Assembly: GCF_963921235.1 (NCBI RefSeq)
Contig: NC_086097.1
Location: 53,880,001 to 53,944,000 of the forward strand
Direction: 5' to 3'
DNA from: Mobula hypostoma
Taxonomy: Eukaryota
Length of the DNA stretch: 64,000 nucleotides
In this document: in pieces, positions 12,661 to 26,339 of the stretch
Layout: every line of letters begins with the position of its first letter
Position numbering within the stretch: position 1 is the first letter of the stretch
Made by a program: the position numbers and the translations under genes
Notes under the pieces: generated by a model
What the model was told of the DNA's origin: nothing
Databases searched by the model: none
The model's input: the letters and a program-made list of their open reading frames with translations, nothing else

Positions 12661-14799
12661 TAAGGTAAAGGTATTCCAGGACTATGAATGGAAAAGCATT
12701 CATGCAGAGCGGAATAAAGACTGGTGATTGGTATAAAATGAGATGGAGTCAACAACACAAGAATGAGGTAGGTGATATTAGCAAGTATGGAGCTGGGAAG
12801 CAAGATACACAAGGCAGGTAGCATGAGGGAGCAGTGGGTGGGTTGAAATAAGTTATTGCATGGGCATACCTAAAGAGAATTCAATAGTCCATTTTCAAAT
12901 TCCATTGAAGAGACTTGTTTGTACACCAGACGCCTTTCCACAGAGTGACACCAATCTACAACGACAGTATCTAGAAAGAATGGACCTTAACTACCAGCCA
13001 CCTTAACCACCATCGTCCACTCATTGAAATTAGTGAATTTCAACCAGATTTCATTCCTGGGTTCAAAAGATATGAAAGTAGTGAAATGGTATCTAAACTA
13101 CAACACCATACAATATATGTATCTGTTGGATTCAACAGCAACTATTAGAATAAAAAAAATTCACAAATTTAACATAAATGGTGTGTAAATGATTTGGAAA
13201 ATTGGATGTTCCATTTGCAATCCAGAAAAGTCAGTAGCAATTAAAGACTGCTACAGAGTGACATTCTTTTATCCCTCATCTATCAACAGGTGGCCTTCTG
13301 AAAACTGAGTGAACTACTCATGTGAATTTTTAGTTTCCCATAACATAATGGGAGGCCAAATCTCTGGAACTAGTCCATTTACCTCATGTCGTAACCACAG
13401 AAGAGGCAGGCTGCTGAATGTTTAGATTTGCATGAGTCGGCTGTGTCCCTGTGTGCATTTTACTAAGGGAAGGTTTGTGATGTGTGCCAGGACTTACTGC
13501 AAGATCAAAGCTTGGAGCAGTTCATAATGAAACAAGATGGTAAAGCCCAGAGAATAAAGGAAACAAAGGAAATGTTTAGGAGATAAGGATCTGTCTCTGA
13601 AATGACATTCATCCAGTCCAGATCCGCTGCAGAAGTTAAATCTAAAGTTCATGGACAATAATTCAAAAAGATCACATTCAATGCTTTATTAATCTTCGTC
13701 ACACCGCTACCCTGCTGTTGCATATTTGATAGATATGACTTATGTTTAATAAAACATAACACTATTTAGTACAGGCATTACATAAGTATGTCAACCACAC
13801 TTTTTTAAGGAGATTAAATTTATTGAAACAAACAGCAATTTTTTTGACGAGCAGCTTGTAGTATTTAATGATATAACCAATAGCAGAGAAAGCAGCTATA
13901 ATTAACACTGAAACAGCAGGACCATAATTGCCAATGTGCATCAACCTACACTGTATGTTCAAAAAAGATCCTAAATAGATTTGAATATATTAGCAAAGAA
14001 ATCCATCCAAATCATAAAAATCAAGCTACAGTGATGATTTGATAATTCAAACCACAAGTTTGCAAAATGTTTATACAGATAGCAACACATGTGTGAAATT
14101 CAACCAGCTTTAGAGTAATGAGAAACAGATTAACAACTCACAGCAAACAATTTATGTCTCATTTAAAGAAATCTCGCAGAACTCCTGTTAATATTGAATG
14201 AATTCCCCACACGAAACATCCCCCAACCCCCCACTGAGTGTTAGTGCAAGAACACATCGATTTACTGGAAGTAAAAGAATCTCCCAGCATTGCAACATTT
14301 TTATTTTTAAAACATGAACTATAAATGATATTCTAATCTACAGCCTAACTGAACAAATTATTCTCATACAGAATAATCAGTCATATGAAGATAAAGACAC
14401 AAGTGAAGAGAATGGCAAGAACAAACATTTGAATTATAAAATATCTTCAGAAATGGTATCTGCTAGATATGTTAGAACCAACAAACCAAAAATTTTCAGT
14501 TAAAACAGGCTGTGTTTGAAATTAATATCATAGAAAAATACTTCTAAAAATGATTTTAAAAAACAGAGCAATCAGCAAGTGTGCTAAATAAACTTAACCA
14601 CTTGTTATTTGACTTGCAGAATTAGTCCTTTAGAGAAATATAAAATCATGAAGTTGTAAGTGTAATAATGCAGGAAGGAATTATACTAATGCATGTGATT
14701 TAAAACAATTACCAAGGATGCTTTCTTAAAGTTAAAAAAAAGAAACAGCTTTGTTTTTTTGTAACTTATTTGTTTAGCCCTTGTATAATTCCTGGAGTC

Positions 14800-15345
14800 A
14801 TGGAGTAAAACTACAAGGAAGCAGGCCCTTTGTCCTAGTTTCTCTACAGCATCCATGGCGCCCACTGAGCTAGACCCATTTACCTACCTTTGGCTCATAT
14901 CCCTTAAAAGACCCAACCATGTACTTATCCAAATGTAGTTTGAATGCCATTACTGACCCTGCCACAACCACTTCCTCTGCCAGCTGATTCTACATATGCA
15001 TCGTCCTCTTCATGAGGTTGTCCCTCAGTTCATTATTAAATCTTCACATCTTACCTTAAAGCTTTGCCTTCTAGTTTTCTGAGAAAAAATGACTATGTAC
15101 ATTTACCCTATCGACAGCTGGTCGTGATTTTATATACCTCTAACGTCATCCCCCAAACTCCCATGTTCCAAGAAATGAAGTCCTCGCCTGCCCAACCTCC
15201 CCCTGTAAATTTAGCTCTCAAGTCCCTGCAGCATAGTTGTAAATCTTTTCTGCAATCTTTCAGTTTAATGACATCTTTCCTATAACAGGGTGTCCAAAAC
15301 ATAAACAACACTCTTAAGTGCAGGCTTGTCAGCGCCTTGTACAAT
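14800..15345 (-). mobile_element. Old CR1 3' fragment
   Basis: Minus ORF contains LYKALTSLHL...FWTPCYRKDVIKL; CR1 tail near 14800-14860. Confidence 0.7.
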
Positions 15346-16184
15346 TCAGTTGCATTTGCACATAAGCTTTTTTCAAGAGCAAAGGAGGGACCAGTAGGAT
15401 AAAGATAAAATCCATGATTGAAGTCATAGGGTATATTGGTGATTGACTGATAGAATATTGGTTGCAAATAACTCAGGACAACATCCACAAGAAAGTGAAG
15501 TACACCTCTTGATAACGTCAACTCTAACTCCTCAAAAATTACAGATAAAGAAAGGAGGCAAAAATGGCACGAAAAGAAATCCAGGCAGAACGTCACTCTA
15601 GGGCACAGGTGTTCTAATGGAACGTGCAGCTTAAGCACGCCAGGAGACAATTCAAGAAGAGGACAATCATTTGGTAAAGTATAATAGTGGCAAGCAAGTA
15701 CTCCATTGTAGGGAAAAAGATATAAAACATTGGTGAGTGTAGTTGTGTAAGAACCTGAGGTAAATGTATTAAATTTGCACCAAGATCTGCATCTTTAAAA
15801 TAGATAGCAGTTTCCCCACATTACTTGTTTTTGTTCCAAATGAATGAATTAACCAATCATCTTCCATACAAAGGTCATCGCAGGATTATCACTGTTTGCA
15901 AGTCAGAAATGCAGCATCGAACAAAGTTCCTACGTGGCAGAAGATGCCCACAACAGCAGGCAAATCCCTACCCCTGGTCTTCCAAACATTTGCTCATGTG
16001 TGCTGGCTGTACAAAAGTCAGGTGTTCACCCTGGGGATGACAAATTCTTTTGCTAACTACCAGACTGTAAATACATGCTTGAGGAACAGCACCTAATTTT
16101 CAAACCGGACACTCTACTCTCCAGACTCAATACCCAGTCCCCCGACCCAGTAATTCTGACTGAAACAAAGAAAAATGTCAGCAA

Positions 16185-16880
16185 AACATAAGGCTGATTG
16201 TTGACTTCCGGAGAGGAGAATAGGGCAATGCACCAGAGAGATTAAGACCAACAGGGACTGAAGAGTCAGCAGCTTTAAATTCCTGGGCATTAACATATCT
16301 GATGACTTGTCTTGGGTCCAGCAGACAGATGCAATCACAGGGAAAGATAGATGCTGGTGTGCTTTCCTTAGGAGGACAAGTTGTCAAATACTTTAACAAA
16401 CTTCTACAGATGTATTGTTGAAAGTATCCTGACAGGTTGCATCATGATCTGAATGCACAGGAATGCGAGCAGTTGCAGAGAGTAGGTGGACTCTGCCCAA
16501 TGCATCATGGCTGCATCCGTCCACACCACTGGCAGTATCTGTACTAGATGCTGCTTCAAGAAGGTAACATCCATCAGAGATATCCACCTTGCAGGCTATG
16601 CCATCTTCTTGCAACTGCCATTAGGCCCGAATCCCCACACCAGAACTACTTCACTTGAGCTGTTTTGTTTTTGAACCACCCAGAAAAAAAAACCTTAATT
16701 ACTGCTGTTAGGATCACCATGACCACTTTGCACTGACGTGGACTGTGTTACTTGTTGTTCTAATGGGTCTCTTTATTGTAAAAGTATGTAGAATTCATAT
16801 TTAATTTACATTTTTCTTCTGAATGATTCTATGTGCCTGTGATGCTGCTGCAAGTTTTTATTGCCCCAGCGCACATATAC
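16185..16880 (+). mobile_element. Rex1/Babar 3' fragment
   Basis: LIVDFR, FKFLGINISDDLSW, FYRCIVESILTGCI motifs. Confidence 0.7.
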
Positions 16881-17421
16881 AGACATCATAATCGAGTTTA
16901 TTATCACAGACATATGTCTTGAAGTTTGTTGTTTTGTGGCAGCGGTACCATTACTGCAAGATAAAAGTAAATAAATACAAATGTTTGTAGTTCAAAAGAG
17001 GAATGGCAAGGTAATGATAATGGACCATTCAGAAATCTGATGACAGAGGGGAAAAGAAGCTATTCCTAAGATGTTGAGTGCAGGTTTTCAGGCCTTAACA
17101 GCTCCTCCCTGATGGTAGTAATGGGAAGAGGACGTGTTCTGGATGGTGAGAGTCCTTAATGATGAATGTTGCTACATGAGGTACCATCTTTTGAAGATGT
17201 CCTTGATGGTGAGGAAGGTTATGCCCATGATGGAGCTGGTGGAGTCTACAATGCTCTGAACCCTCGTGCTGTCCTGTGCATATACGTCCTCCACACCAGG
17301 CAGTGACACAACCAGGCACAATGCTCTCCAATGTACACCTGTAGAAATTTGCTCAAGTCATGACATTCCAATTCTCCTCAAGATCCTAACAAAGATCCAC
17401 TGGCATGTCCTCTTTATGATT

Positions 17422-19084
17422 AATTGTGTAAGGTAAAGGAAACAAGTAGGGTAGTTATGGAAAGTATGACAATTAAAGAAGAGGAAGTACTGACACTTTT
17501 AAGGAATATAAAAATGGATAAGTCTCCAGGTCCGGACAAGATATTCCCTAGGACTTTGAGGGAAGTTAGTGTAGAAATAACAGGGTCTCTGACAGAAATA
17601 TTTCAAATGTCATTAGAAACGAGAATGGTGCCAGAGGATTGGCCTTTTGTTCGTGTGGTTCCATTGTTTAAAAAGGGATCTAAGAGTAAACCTGGCAATT
17701 ATTGGCCTGTGAGTTTGACGTCAGTGGTGGGTAAATTGATGGAAAGTATTCTCAGAGATGGTATATATAATTCTCTGGATAGACAGGGTCTGATTAGGAA
17801 CAGTCAATGTGGATTTGTGCGTAGAAGGTCATGTTTGACAAATCTTATTGAATTTTTTGATGAGGTTACTGAGAAAGTTGATGAGGGTAAAGTGGTGGAT
17901 GTTGTCTATATGGACTTCAGTAAGGCCTTTGACAAGGTTCCACACGGAAGGTTAGTTAGGAAGGTTCAATCGTTAGGTGTTAATATGGAAGTAGTAAAAT
18001 GGATTCAGCAGTGGCTAGATGGGAGACGCCAGAGAGTAGTGGTGGATAACTGTGTGTCAGATCGGAGGACGGTGTGTAGTGGTGTGCCTCAGGGATCTGA
18101 ACTGGGTCCAATATTGTTTGTAATACATATTAATGATCTAGATGATGGGGTGGTAAACTGGATTAATAAGTATGCAGATGATACTAAGATAGGTGGTGTT
18201 GTGGATGATGAGGTACGTTTTCAAAACTTGCAGAGAGATTTAGGACAGTTAGAAGAGTGGGCTGAAAGATGGCAGATGGAGTTTAATGCTGAAAAACGTG
18301 AGGTGCTACATTTCGGTAGAACTAATCAAAATAGGACATACATGGTAAATGGTAGGGCATTAAAGAATGCTTTAGAACAGAGGGATCTAGGAATAATGGT
18401 GCATAGTTCCCTGAAGATGGAATCTCATGTGGATAGGGTGGTGAAGAGAGCTTTTGGTTTGCTGGCCTTTATTAATCAGAGCATTGAGTATAGGAGTTGG
18501 GATCTAATGTTGAATTTGTATAAGGCATTGGTAAGGCCAAATCTGGAGTATTGCGTACAGTTCTGGTCACCGAATTATAGGAAGGATGTCAATAAAATTG
18601 AGAGAGTATAGAGGAGGTTTACTAAAATGTTGCCTGGGTTTCATCTCCTAAGTTACAGAGAAAGGTTGAACAAGTTAGGTCTATATTCTTTGGAGCGTAG
18701 AAGGTTGAGAGGAGACTTGATAGAGGTGTTTAAAATTATGAGGGGGATTGATAGAGTTGACGTGGTTTGACTTTTTCCATTGAGAGTGGGGAAGATTCAA
18801 ACAAGAGGGCATGGATTGCGAATTAGAGGACAAAAGTTTAGGGGTAACATGAGGGGGAACTTCTTTACTCAGAGAGTGGTGGCTGTGTGGAATGAGCTTC
18901 CAGCAGAAGTGGTTGAGGCAGGTTCGATGTCATTTAAAGCTAAATTGGATAGATATATGGACAGGAAAGGAATGGAGGGTTATGGGCTGAGTGCAGGTTG
19001 GTGGGAATAGGATAGGGTAAGAGTTCGGCAAGGACTAGAAGGGCTGAGATGGCCTGTTTCCGTGCTGTAATTGTTATATGGTTA
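17422..19084 (+). mobile_element. Young 5'-truncated CR1/HER1-like LINE
   Basis: Near-intact RT, 3' end ggcctgtttccgtgctgtaa plus (gttatatg) tail; 7-bp TSD tatgatt at 17415-17421 and 19085-19091. Confidence 0.95.
17424..18611 (+). pseudogene. CR1 ORF2 reverse transcriptase fragment (395 aa open)
   Basis: KSPGPD, YMDFSKAFDKVPH, GVPQGS, YADDTK; no endonuclease domain; premature stop at 18609-18611 although homology continues (GNFFTQRVV). Confidence 0.9.
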
Positions 19085-19673
19085 TATGATTGCATTAATG
19101 TTGGGCCCAGGACAGATTCTCTAAGATGCTGAAGCTGCTCATAAGTTATACCTCCTTGATGCCTCAGTGAGAATTGGTGTGTAATCTCTCTCAACCTCCC
19201 CTTCCTGAAGTCCACGATCAGTTCTTTGCAACATAAAACCTGCTTCATAAACAGCGTCCATGGTTATAAAATGTATGTATATTTAAAAGAAAACAATTAG
19301 AACAAAAAGGTTCATTTTAGTGCAAGGTGATTGGAGTAATCATGATGTTGCTAAGCCATGTGTTTTTCCTGGTCGATTCAAGAACCAAATGGTTGAATGG
19401 AAGTAGCTCTACTACTGTCCGCATTCAGTGCAGTTTTCTATCAAGTTCTGTTTTTCTTTAACTTCACGAACAAATGCTTCCTAGGTTGTTTGGGTCTTTT
19501 CTGTAGGGAAAAAAATAACCCAGCTCTCCAACATGGTGGGCAGTTTGAGATCAGAAAATTACTCTATTGGATCAGAATGGGGGAGAAAGGCAAAAACATT
19601 ACAAGTTACAACTAATGACACGTCCAGACCGTTAGACCTTTCATGGACTCAATCATTTGGAAATTCTTCAGAG

Positions 19674-19753
19674 CAGGGGTTCCCAGCCTGAGCTCCACAG
19701 ACCTCTCAGTTAATGGCAGGGTTCCGTGGCATAAAAAAAGTTTGGAACCAACT
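19674..19753. mobile_element. ~80-bp hAT/Charlie-type MITE
   Basis: Starts caggggttcccagcct, ends agtttggaaccaact (decayed TIR); 8-bp flanks cttcagag / ttccagag. Confidence 0.65.
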
Positions 19754-20624
19754 TTCCAGAGCTTTCCCATTCTGCTTTTCTTACAGCTGGTAGAAAAATT
19801 AACAAATGAGCCTGTTGTATATGTAAACAATACTCCCACTGAACAGCAAGATACTGCAATAGGGTAGAAGTCTTAATGAAACTCTTGGAACATACATCGC
19901 ATGCCTCATTTTCACATCATCAGATTAGTTTCAGGAAGTTCTGGCTCTGATGTGATACATACAGACAAAAATCTTTTCCATTGCATCAGCCAGATACCAC
20001 TTATCACTTACCGCTCCAGATCCACAGAAGTTGGTTCATAGTTTATTTTTAAAAGTTGATTCAGTGCTACGTACCTGATGTACCCAGAATAAAATGGAGT
20101 CGTGATAAATACCACCTAAAAATAAGGGAAAGTAGCAAAAAGTTGAGTAAAATTCCTTTCGTTTAGGAAGGAAGAACACATGTACATCACTTTCAGTATA
20201 TTTGCCGTTGGCACTATGATAGTTTCCCCTACAATTTGTGTCATTTATGTCACACTTACTTGTTTATTAAAAATAAAGTTGCACCAAATATCTTTTCTGA
20301 AGATATTGTTTAAATACACAATCCAGAAAAAAATAATCAAATTACAATGCATTTTAAAAAACTGATTTACGCACTTATTATTTTTAGTATTGTGGTCTAC
20401 CAATGCATACTACTCATATTCTCCACATTAAGTAAGGTTTCAAGTTATCACAATGCTAGGCAACCAGAAGTTACATTAAGGTATGACCAATGGATTCTGA
20501 AAAAGTGTTGTCCTTACAGGAAGTGAAACCTGATCTGGAAATGAAAAACATGGTCAAAAAGTTGCCATTTTTCCCTCTTGTTCAGTGCTTTTTAACTAAT
20601 TTGAAGCAGTGCCCTTGCAGATCT

Positions 20625-22305
20625 TCAGAATCATGTTTATTATCACTGACCTGTGCCAGGAAATTTGTGGCAGCAGTAGAGTGCAAGTAAAGAATATAAA
20701 TATTTATAAATATATAAATAAATAAATAGGAATAGCGAGATAGTGTCCATGGACCATACAGAAACCCGCCAGTAGAGGGGAAGAAGCCTTTCTTAAAACA
20801 CTGAGTATGGGCCTTCAGACTCCTGCATCTCCTCCATGATGGTAGTAATGAGAAGAGGGCATGTCACAGATGTACACAGCCTTCATGAGGAATTACCTCT
20901 TTAATATGTCCTCAGTGGTGGGGGTGGGGGTGCTTGCTCCTGTGATGAAGCCAGCCGAGTCTACAGCCCTCTGCAGACTTTTGTGATCCTGTGCATTGGA
21001 GTCTCGAATACAGGCACTAATACAACCAGTCAGCACGCTCTCTACTGTACATCTGTAGAAATTTACAAGAGGTTCCTCAAACTCCTATTGTAATCATTGG
21101 CATGCCTTCTTCATGATTGCATCAGTGTCTAAGGCTCAAGAGTGATCCACTGAGAGTTTGGTGTCCAGGGTCTTGAAGCTGCTCACCCTTTCTACCACTG
21201 ACCGCTCAATGACAGGTTGTGCATTTTCTCTTGACTTCCCCTTCTTGAAGTCCGCAACCAATTTCAGAAAGCCTTTCTGACATTCAGTGCAAGCTTCTAC
21301 TTCCTCAGGAGTTTGCGAAGATTTGACATGACATCTGAAACTCTGACAAAATTCTATAGATGTGTGGTGGAGAGTATATTAGCCGGTTACATCACAGCCT
21401 GGTATGGAAACACCAACACCTTTGAATGGAAAATCCCACAAATAGTGGTGGCTGCAGCCCAGTCTGTCACAGGTTAAGCCTTCCCCACCACTGGGCACAT
21501 CTACATGAAGTTTTGTCACAGGAGAGCAGCATCCATTATCAGGGATCCCCATCACAGCTCTTGTACCTCCTCCCTGATCCCTGCCACCCAGGTCATGTTC
21601 TCTTCTTGCTTCTGGTACTATTCAGGAAGAAGTTACCGGAGCCTCAGGACTCACACCACCGGGTTCATGAACAGTAATTTCCCTTCAACCATCAGGCTCT
21701 TGAACCAAACGGGATAACTTCACTTGCCTAGTCACTGAAATGTTCCCACAACCTATAGACTCACTTTCAAGGACTCATCATCTCATGCTCACAATATTTA
21801 TTGTTTATTTATTATTATTTCTTTCTTTCTGCATTTGCAATTTGTTGTATTTTTCACACTGGCTGAACACCCAAGTTTGTGCAGTCTTTCATTGATTCTA
21901 ATATAATTATTAATGTATTATAGATTTACTGAATGTGCCTGCAAGAATTTGAATCTCAGACTGTTTATGGTGACACATTTGTACTTTGGTAATAAATTTA
22001 CTTTGAAGTTTGAGGCTGCTGTGACACCAAAGCTAATCTCGCTCCTGTACACCCTGTTGCCATCTAAGGTTCTGCCGACCACAGTCGTGTCATCAGCAAA
22101 TATATAGGTTGTGTTTGAGCTGTGCATAGACACACAATTACGTGCGGAGGGAATAGAACAGTGGGCTAAGCATGCATCACTGAGCTGCACATGTATTGAC
22201 GGTCAGAGAGATGTTATTACCAATTCACACTGACTGTAGTTTCCCAATGAAGAGGTCAAGGATCCATTTATAGAGGGAGGTACAGAGGCCCAGGTTTTGA
22301 ACTTT
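20625..22305 (-). mobile_element. Rex1/Babar fragment interrupted by an opposite-strand Rex copy
   Basis: YIFADDTTVVGR (minus ORF 21918-22190); host reads ...cattcagtgcaag|gctgctgtgacacc... across the insert. Confidence 0.75.
21294..22013 (+). mobile_element. Rex1/Babar 3' fragment nested in the previous element
   Basis: FYFLRSLRRF, FYRCVVESIL, AASIIRDPHH, SGRSYRSLRTHTT; tail aataaatttactttgaa. Confidence 0.8.
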
Positions 22306-23499
22306 TTCTTGTTGCCTGGTCCCCTTATGAAACACTGCTTTGGAGGCTTAGCTTCCCAACTTTAAGTGTCTTGATCTCTTGGTAACTATAAAAAGACAAT
22401 AGTCTGCCAGGTGCTGTATGACCACACTACTAAAGTTTTGGAAATAGTATAATTATCCAGCTTCAGCCCAGAAGAATGCTCAGCTTTTAGGTTTCCAGTT
22501 TTTGTAATATATTAAAAATATTAAATGTTTGATAACCTTGATGTTCTGTCAATCTTAGCTATCATGACAGTCAACTATATTTTTCTTCACACTTTTTATG
22601 CTCTTCTACCCCAAATCCAATCATGAAATATTTCATTGTTATCATCCAGCCAATCCCAAATTGATATCATTGTCAAATTTCATTAATGAGAATCACGTTT
22701 AATATTACTGGCATGTCGTGGCTTTGTTCATCACAGTAAAATAGCTTTGTGCATGATTGGAACAGGATCCCTGGCTCCAAACAAAGGTGCAATCGATCAT
22801 CCCTTACCATCATGGAATACCACTGATTAACAGCATCAAGTACTGCAAGCCTACAACATTAACTGGTTGTCTGATAGTGATGGAGCTGGACTTATTGCAT
22901 ACCGTGTTGTTGCCTGGACCTGTTGCAGAAATGGTGCAGTTCCAACAAACAGTACTAACGAATGTCTTGGATGATTTTTTTGCAACCGCAAGACCTCATT
23001 GGTAATGTTGAATACCGCAAGTCAGGCGGAGGGGGAGCTGCGTAACCTCAGTTGTTGCGTGGACTAGACCCTTATGCCGCAGTGTTGTCTGTTGCAGCTG
23101 CCCTGGAGAGTAGGCGTTGGATGTGGTATGGAAGAGAACAGAGGCCTCAGTGGGTACACTGGAGTCTATGCTGGGTTGGGGGCTGCCCCTCCCATCAGTG
23201 CTGCCCTCTAGTGTTCACTCAGGGGAAGACAAGCTGGATTGCATTTGTCTGTTGCATACTTGATCTTGTAGAAATGAGGCTCCAGGACAACATCCCATGC
23301 ACCAGTAATCTACCGGACATGCCACTCACGGACTTGGGATACATTTCTTTTGTGACTGTATGTCTTTCTGCTATTGTAACTATGTGACAGCTGGTACTGT
23401 GTTTTGCACCGTCACTCCAAAGGAACACTGTTTCATTTGGCTGTATTCATCTGCGTGATTGAATTGCAATTAAACTTGAACTTGAAATATCTTTGATTT

Positions 23500-24330
23500 G
23501 TGGCAGAAGGACATTGCAATACATGTATTTTTAATCTATAAATTACAAGAAATATATATATCCAAAAACATAATTAAGTAGTGCAAAGGGAGAGCAAATA
23601 CAAAAAGTGAGATAGTGCCCATGGGTTCATCGTCCATTCAGAAACCTGCTGGCAAAGGAGAAGAAGTTTTTCCTAAAAACACTCTGAATGCATGTCCTCA
23701 GGTTCCTGTACCTTCTCCTTGATGGTAGCAATGAGAAGAGGGCATGTCCAGAATAACAGGGGTCCTTAATGATGGATGCTGCCTTTTTGAGGCATCGCCT
23801 TTTGAAGATGCTCAAGGCTGGGAAGGTTAATTCCCAAGATGGAACTGGCTGAGTTTGCAACTTTCTGCAGCTTTTTCCAGTCCTGTGCAGTGAACCCGCA
23901 CCCCCCCCCCATACCAGATGGTGATGCAACCAGTTAAAATGTTCTCTACAGTACATCTATAGAAATTTGTGAGAGTCCTTCGTACATACCAGGTATCCTC
24001 AAACTCCTGTCGTGCCTTTTTGTAATTGTATCAATACAGTGGGCCAGGATAAATCAGACATGTTGACACCCAGGAACTTAAAACTGCTCACCCTTTCCAC
24101 TGCTGATCCCTCGATGAGGACTAGTCTGTGTTCCCTCAACTTCCCCTTCCTGAAGTCCACAATAAACTAATGTTTGACTGACGTGGAGTGCCAGGTTATT
24201 GTTGTGACACCAGTCAACCTGCCAATCTATATCATTCCTATATTCCTCCTCATCACTATTTGAGATTCTGCCAACAATAGTTCTGTCATTGATTAGTTTA
24301 TAGGTGTTTTTGAACTGCGCTAACCACTCA
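23500..24330 (-). mobile_element. Rex1/Babar 3' fragment
   Basis: CLKKAASIIKDP...HALFSLLPSRRRYR and DWCHNNNLALHV in minus ORFs. Confidence 0.8.
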
Positions 24331-25269
24331 GTTGCAGCTACATACAACTTGCATTACTTAAAATTTTAGATGCACAACTTGCATTGTGTCTAAAAGGCAT
24401 CATTGATGCAAATTAGAAAACTGAAAAACTATCACCAGTCCTCAAGACATTCCACTCACTTTACCACTTCCCTAGAAACCATGTACACAGAGACAGTTAC
24501 TTTTTTGACTCCAAGTTTTTAATAACTTAATTTACCAATAGTTTCCCTTTATATAGTCGCCATCACATCCCAGTTGCCATTTTTTTTTAGTACAGCCCTA
24601 AACAACAAATGAGAAAATTGGAATTAAATGCACCTGCCTGGGCAGGAGCCAACATTTCTCACCTTTCTTCGGAGGGGACAATGTTACCTCGCTACACAAA
24701 ATGTATCCTCAAGGCTTTCGAATTCAAAAACAATTCATGCTAATTAGTACTAAATCCGGTGTAATTCAAGGCCATAGATAAATGCAGTTTGAATTGTCCC
24801 AACATGTACAAAATACATTTAATTCAATTCAGAATGATCATCAACTATCAATGAGATAACACCATAATCTGTTCTGTCAGGAAGAGAATCAAACTCAAAT
24901 TCTACTGAAATGATCACCAGGCTACCCAATATTCCCTTAATAAAAACAGCTGGTTTATTTGTATTTATTCCTGAAGAAGCCTCTGTCCAGAGATGGTCTT
25001 CAACCTTACATTGCCTATGTGATGGTTTGTTAGTGACATTCATATACAGTACTACACAATAATATTTCAAAGTTGCAAGGGGTGGGGGGAAGAAAAGGAA
25101 AGTGTTGCTGCTCTGGGTGGGGCTGATATTCTAGCTGCCTGAATTATCCAGCACTGTTGGAACCCAGTTGATTTTTATTGATGCGATTTCAATGGGACTT
25201 CCCTACAAAGAGTATGCAATCAATCCATCCCACAGGTTTATTCAGCAAGAGACAGAAAATACTCACTGA

Positions 25270-25990
25270 GTCAGGCAGCAAATACAGAGGGAAATATAGA
25301 GATAATGTTTCAGGTCAAAGATACTTCACTGTACTGTTATTTGTCAATGTGGAACGGAGAGCGAGTTTGTAAACTTGGCAGGAGCAAAGGGGGTTGGGAA
25401 TGGTGAGGGTGGAGCGCTGCTGGATGGGTGTGGGACAGGTAATAGGGAAGAAGTGCCAGAGAAGAAGGAATCTGATCGGAGTGGAGAGTGGAACATGGGA
25501 GAAAGGGAAAGGGCACTAAGTGGAGGTGATAGGCAGGTGAGGAGAAGAGGTAAGGGGCCAGAGTGGGGAATAGAAGAGAGAAGAGGGAGGAGAAAAAAAA
25601 ATTACCAGAAGGAGAAATCAAAGTTCATACCATCAGTTTGGAGGCTCCCCAGGTGGAATATGAGGCATTGTTTCTCCACCCTGAAAGAGGCCTCATCATG
25701 GCAGAAGAGGATGCCATGGACCAACATGCCGGAACAGGAATGGGGATAAGAATTAAAATGGTTAGCCACCGGGAAATTCCGTTTTTGGCGAATCAAGTAG
25801 ATGTGCTCAACAAAGCAGTCCCCAATTTATGTCAGGGCTCACCAATGTAGAGGAGGCCTCATCAGGAGCGCTGGATAAAGTAGACAACCCAATAGGATGT
25901 GCAGGTGAAGTGTTGCCTCACCTGGAAGGACTGTTTAAGGCTCTGACTAGACGTAGGGGAGAAGGTAAATGGGTAAGAGTAGCATATCTG
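25270..25990 (-). mobile_element. Penelope-like fragment (GIY-YIG region)
   Basis: FPVANHFNS...LIFHLGSLQTDGMN (25602-25796); LYIGET motif near 25835-25855. Confidence 0.75.
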
Positions 25991-26339
25991 TTGCTTGCAG
26001 GGATGTGTGTCAGGAGGGACATACACGGGTGGTCTCTGCTACAGTCCAACTCTTCTACCATGTATCGACCCAGACTCTACCACAGTGACCTCAGCTACAT
26101 AGGTAGCTTTGAGGAAGATGAACTCACTTATAATCTCAGCAAAGGTGGAATCTAAATTCCAGAGGGAAGTACAATATCAAAAAGTCATTTTTAAAAGAAT
26201 ATTTTTTTGAAGTTGCATTAGGCTAAAACTGTTAGAGATTTTAAGGAGGCAACATCAGCCAAAATCTGCCTATTGCCTAAACCTAGACAACAGAAATCAG
26301 AGGGCAGCTGTCAGTCGGATAATAACATACCTGGTGTTA

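Larger units (their letters stand above)
16888..19230 (-). mobile_element. Rex1/Babar 3' fragment interrupted by a CR1
   Basis: ESIVPGCVTAW, IIKDSHHPEHVLFPLLPSGR (17095-17331); resumes at 19090 with ELIVDFRKG. Confidence 0.75.

Noticed and set aside
19612..20039. Apparent two-exon minus-strand ORF (MNQLLWIWS|gtaagt spliced to VSCCSVGVLFTY...) resembling a leader exon
   Set aside because: No Ig/V-domain or other recognisable motif, and the ORF runs through a MITE
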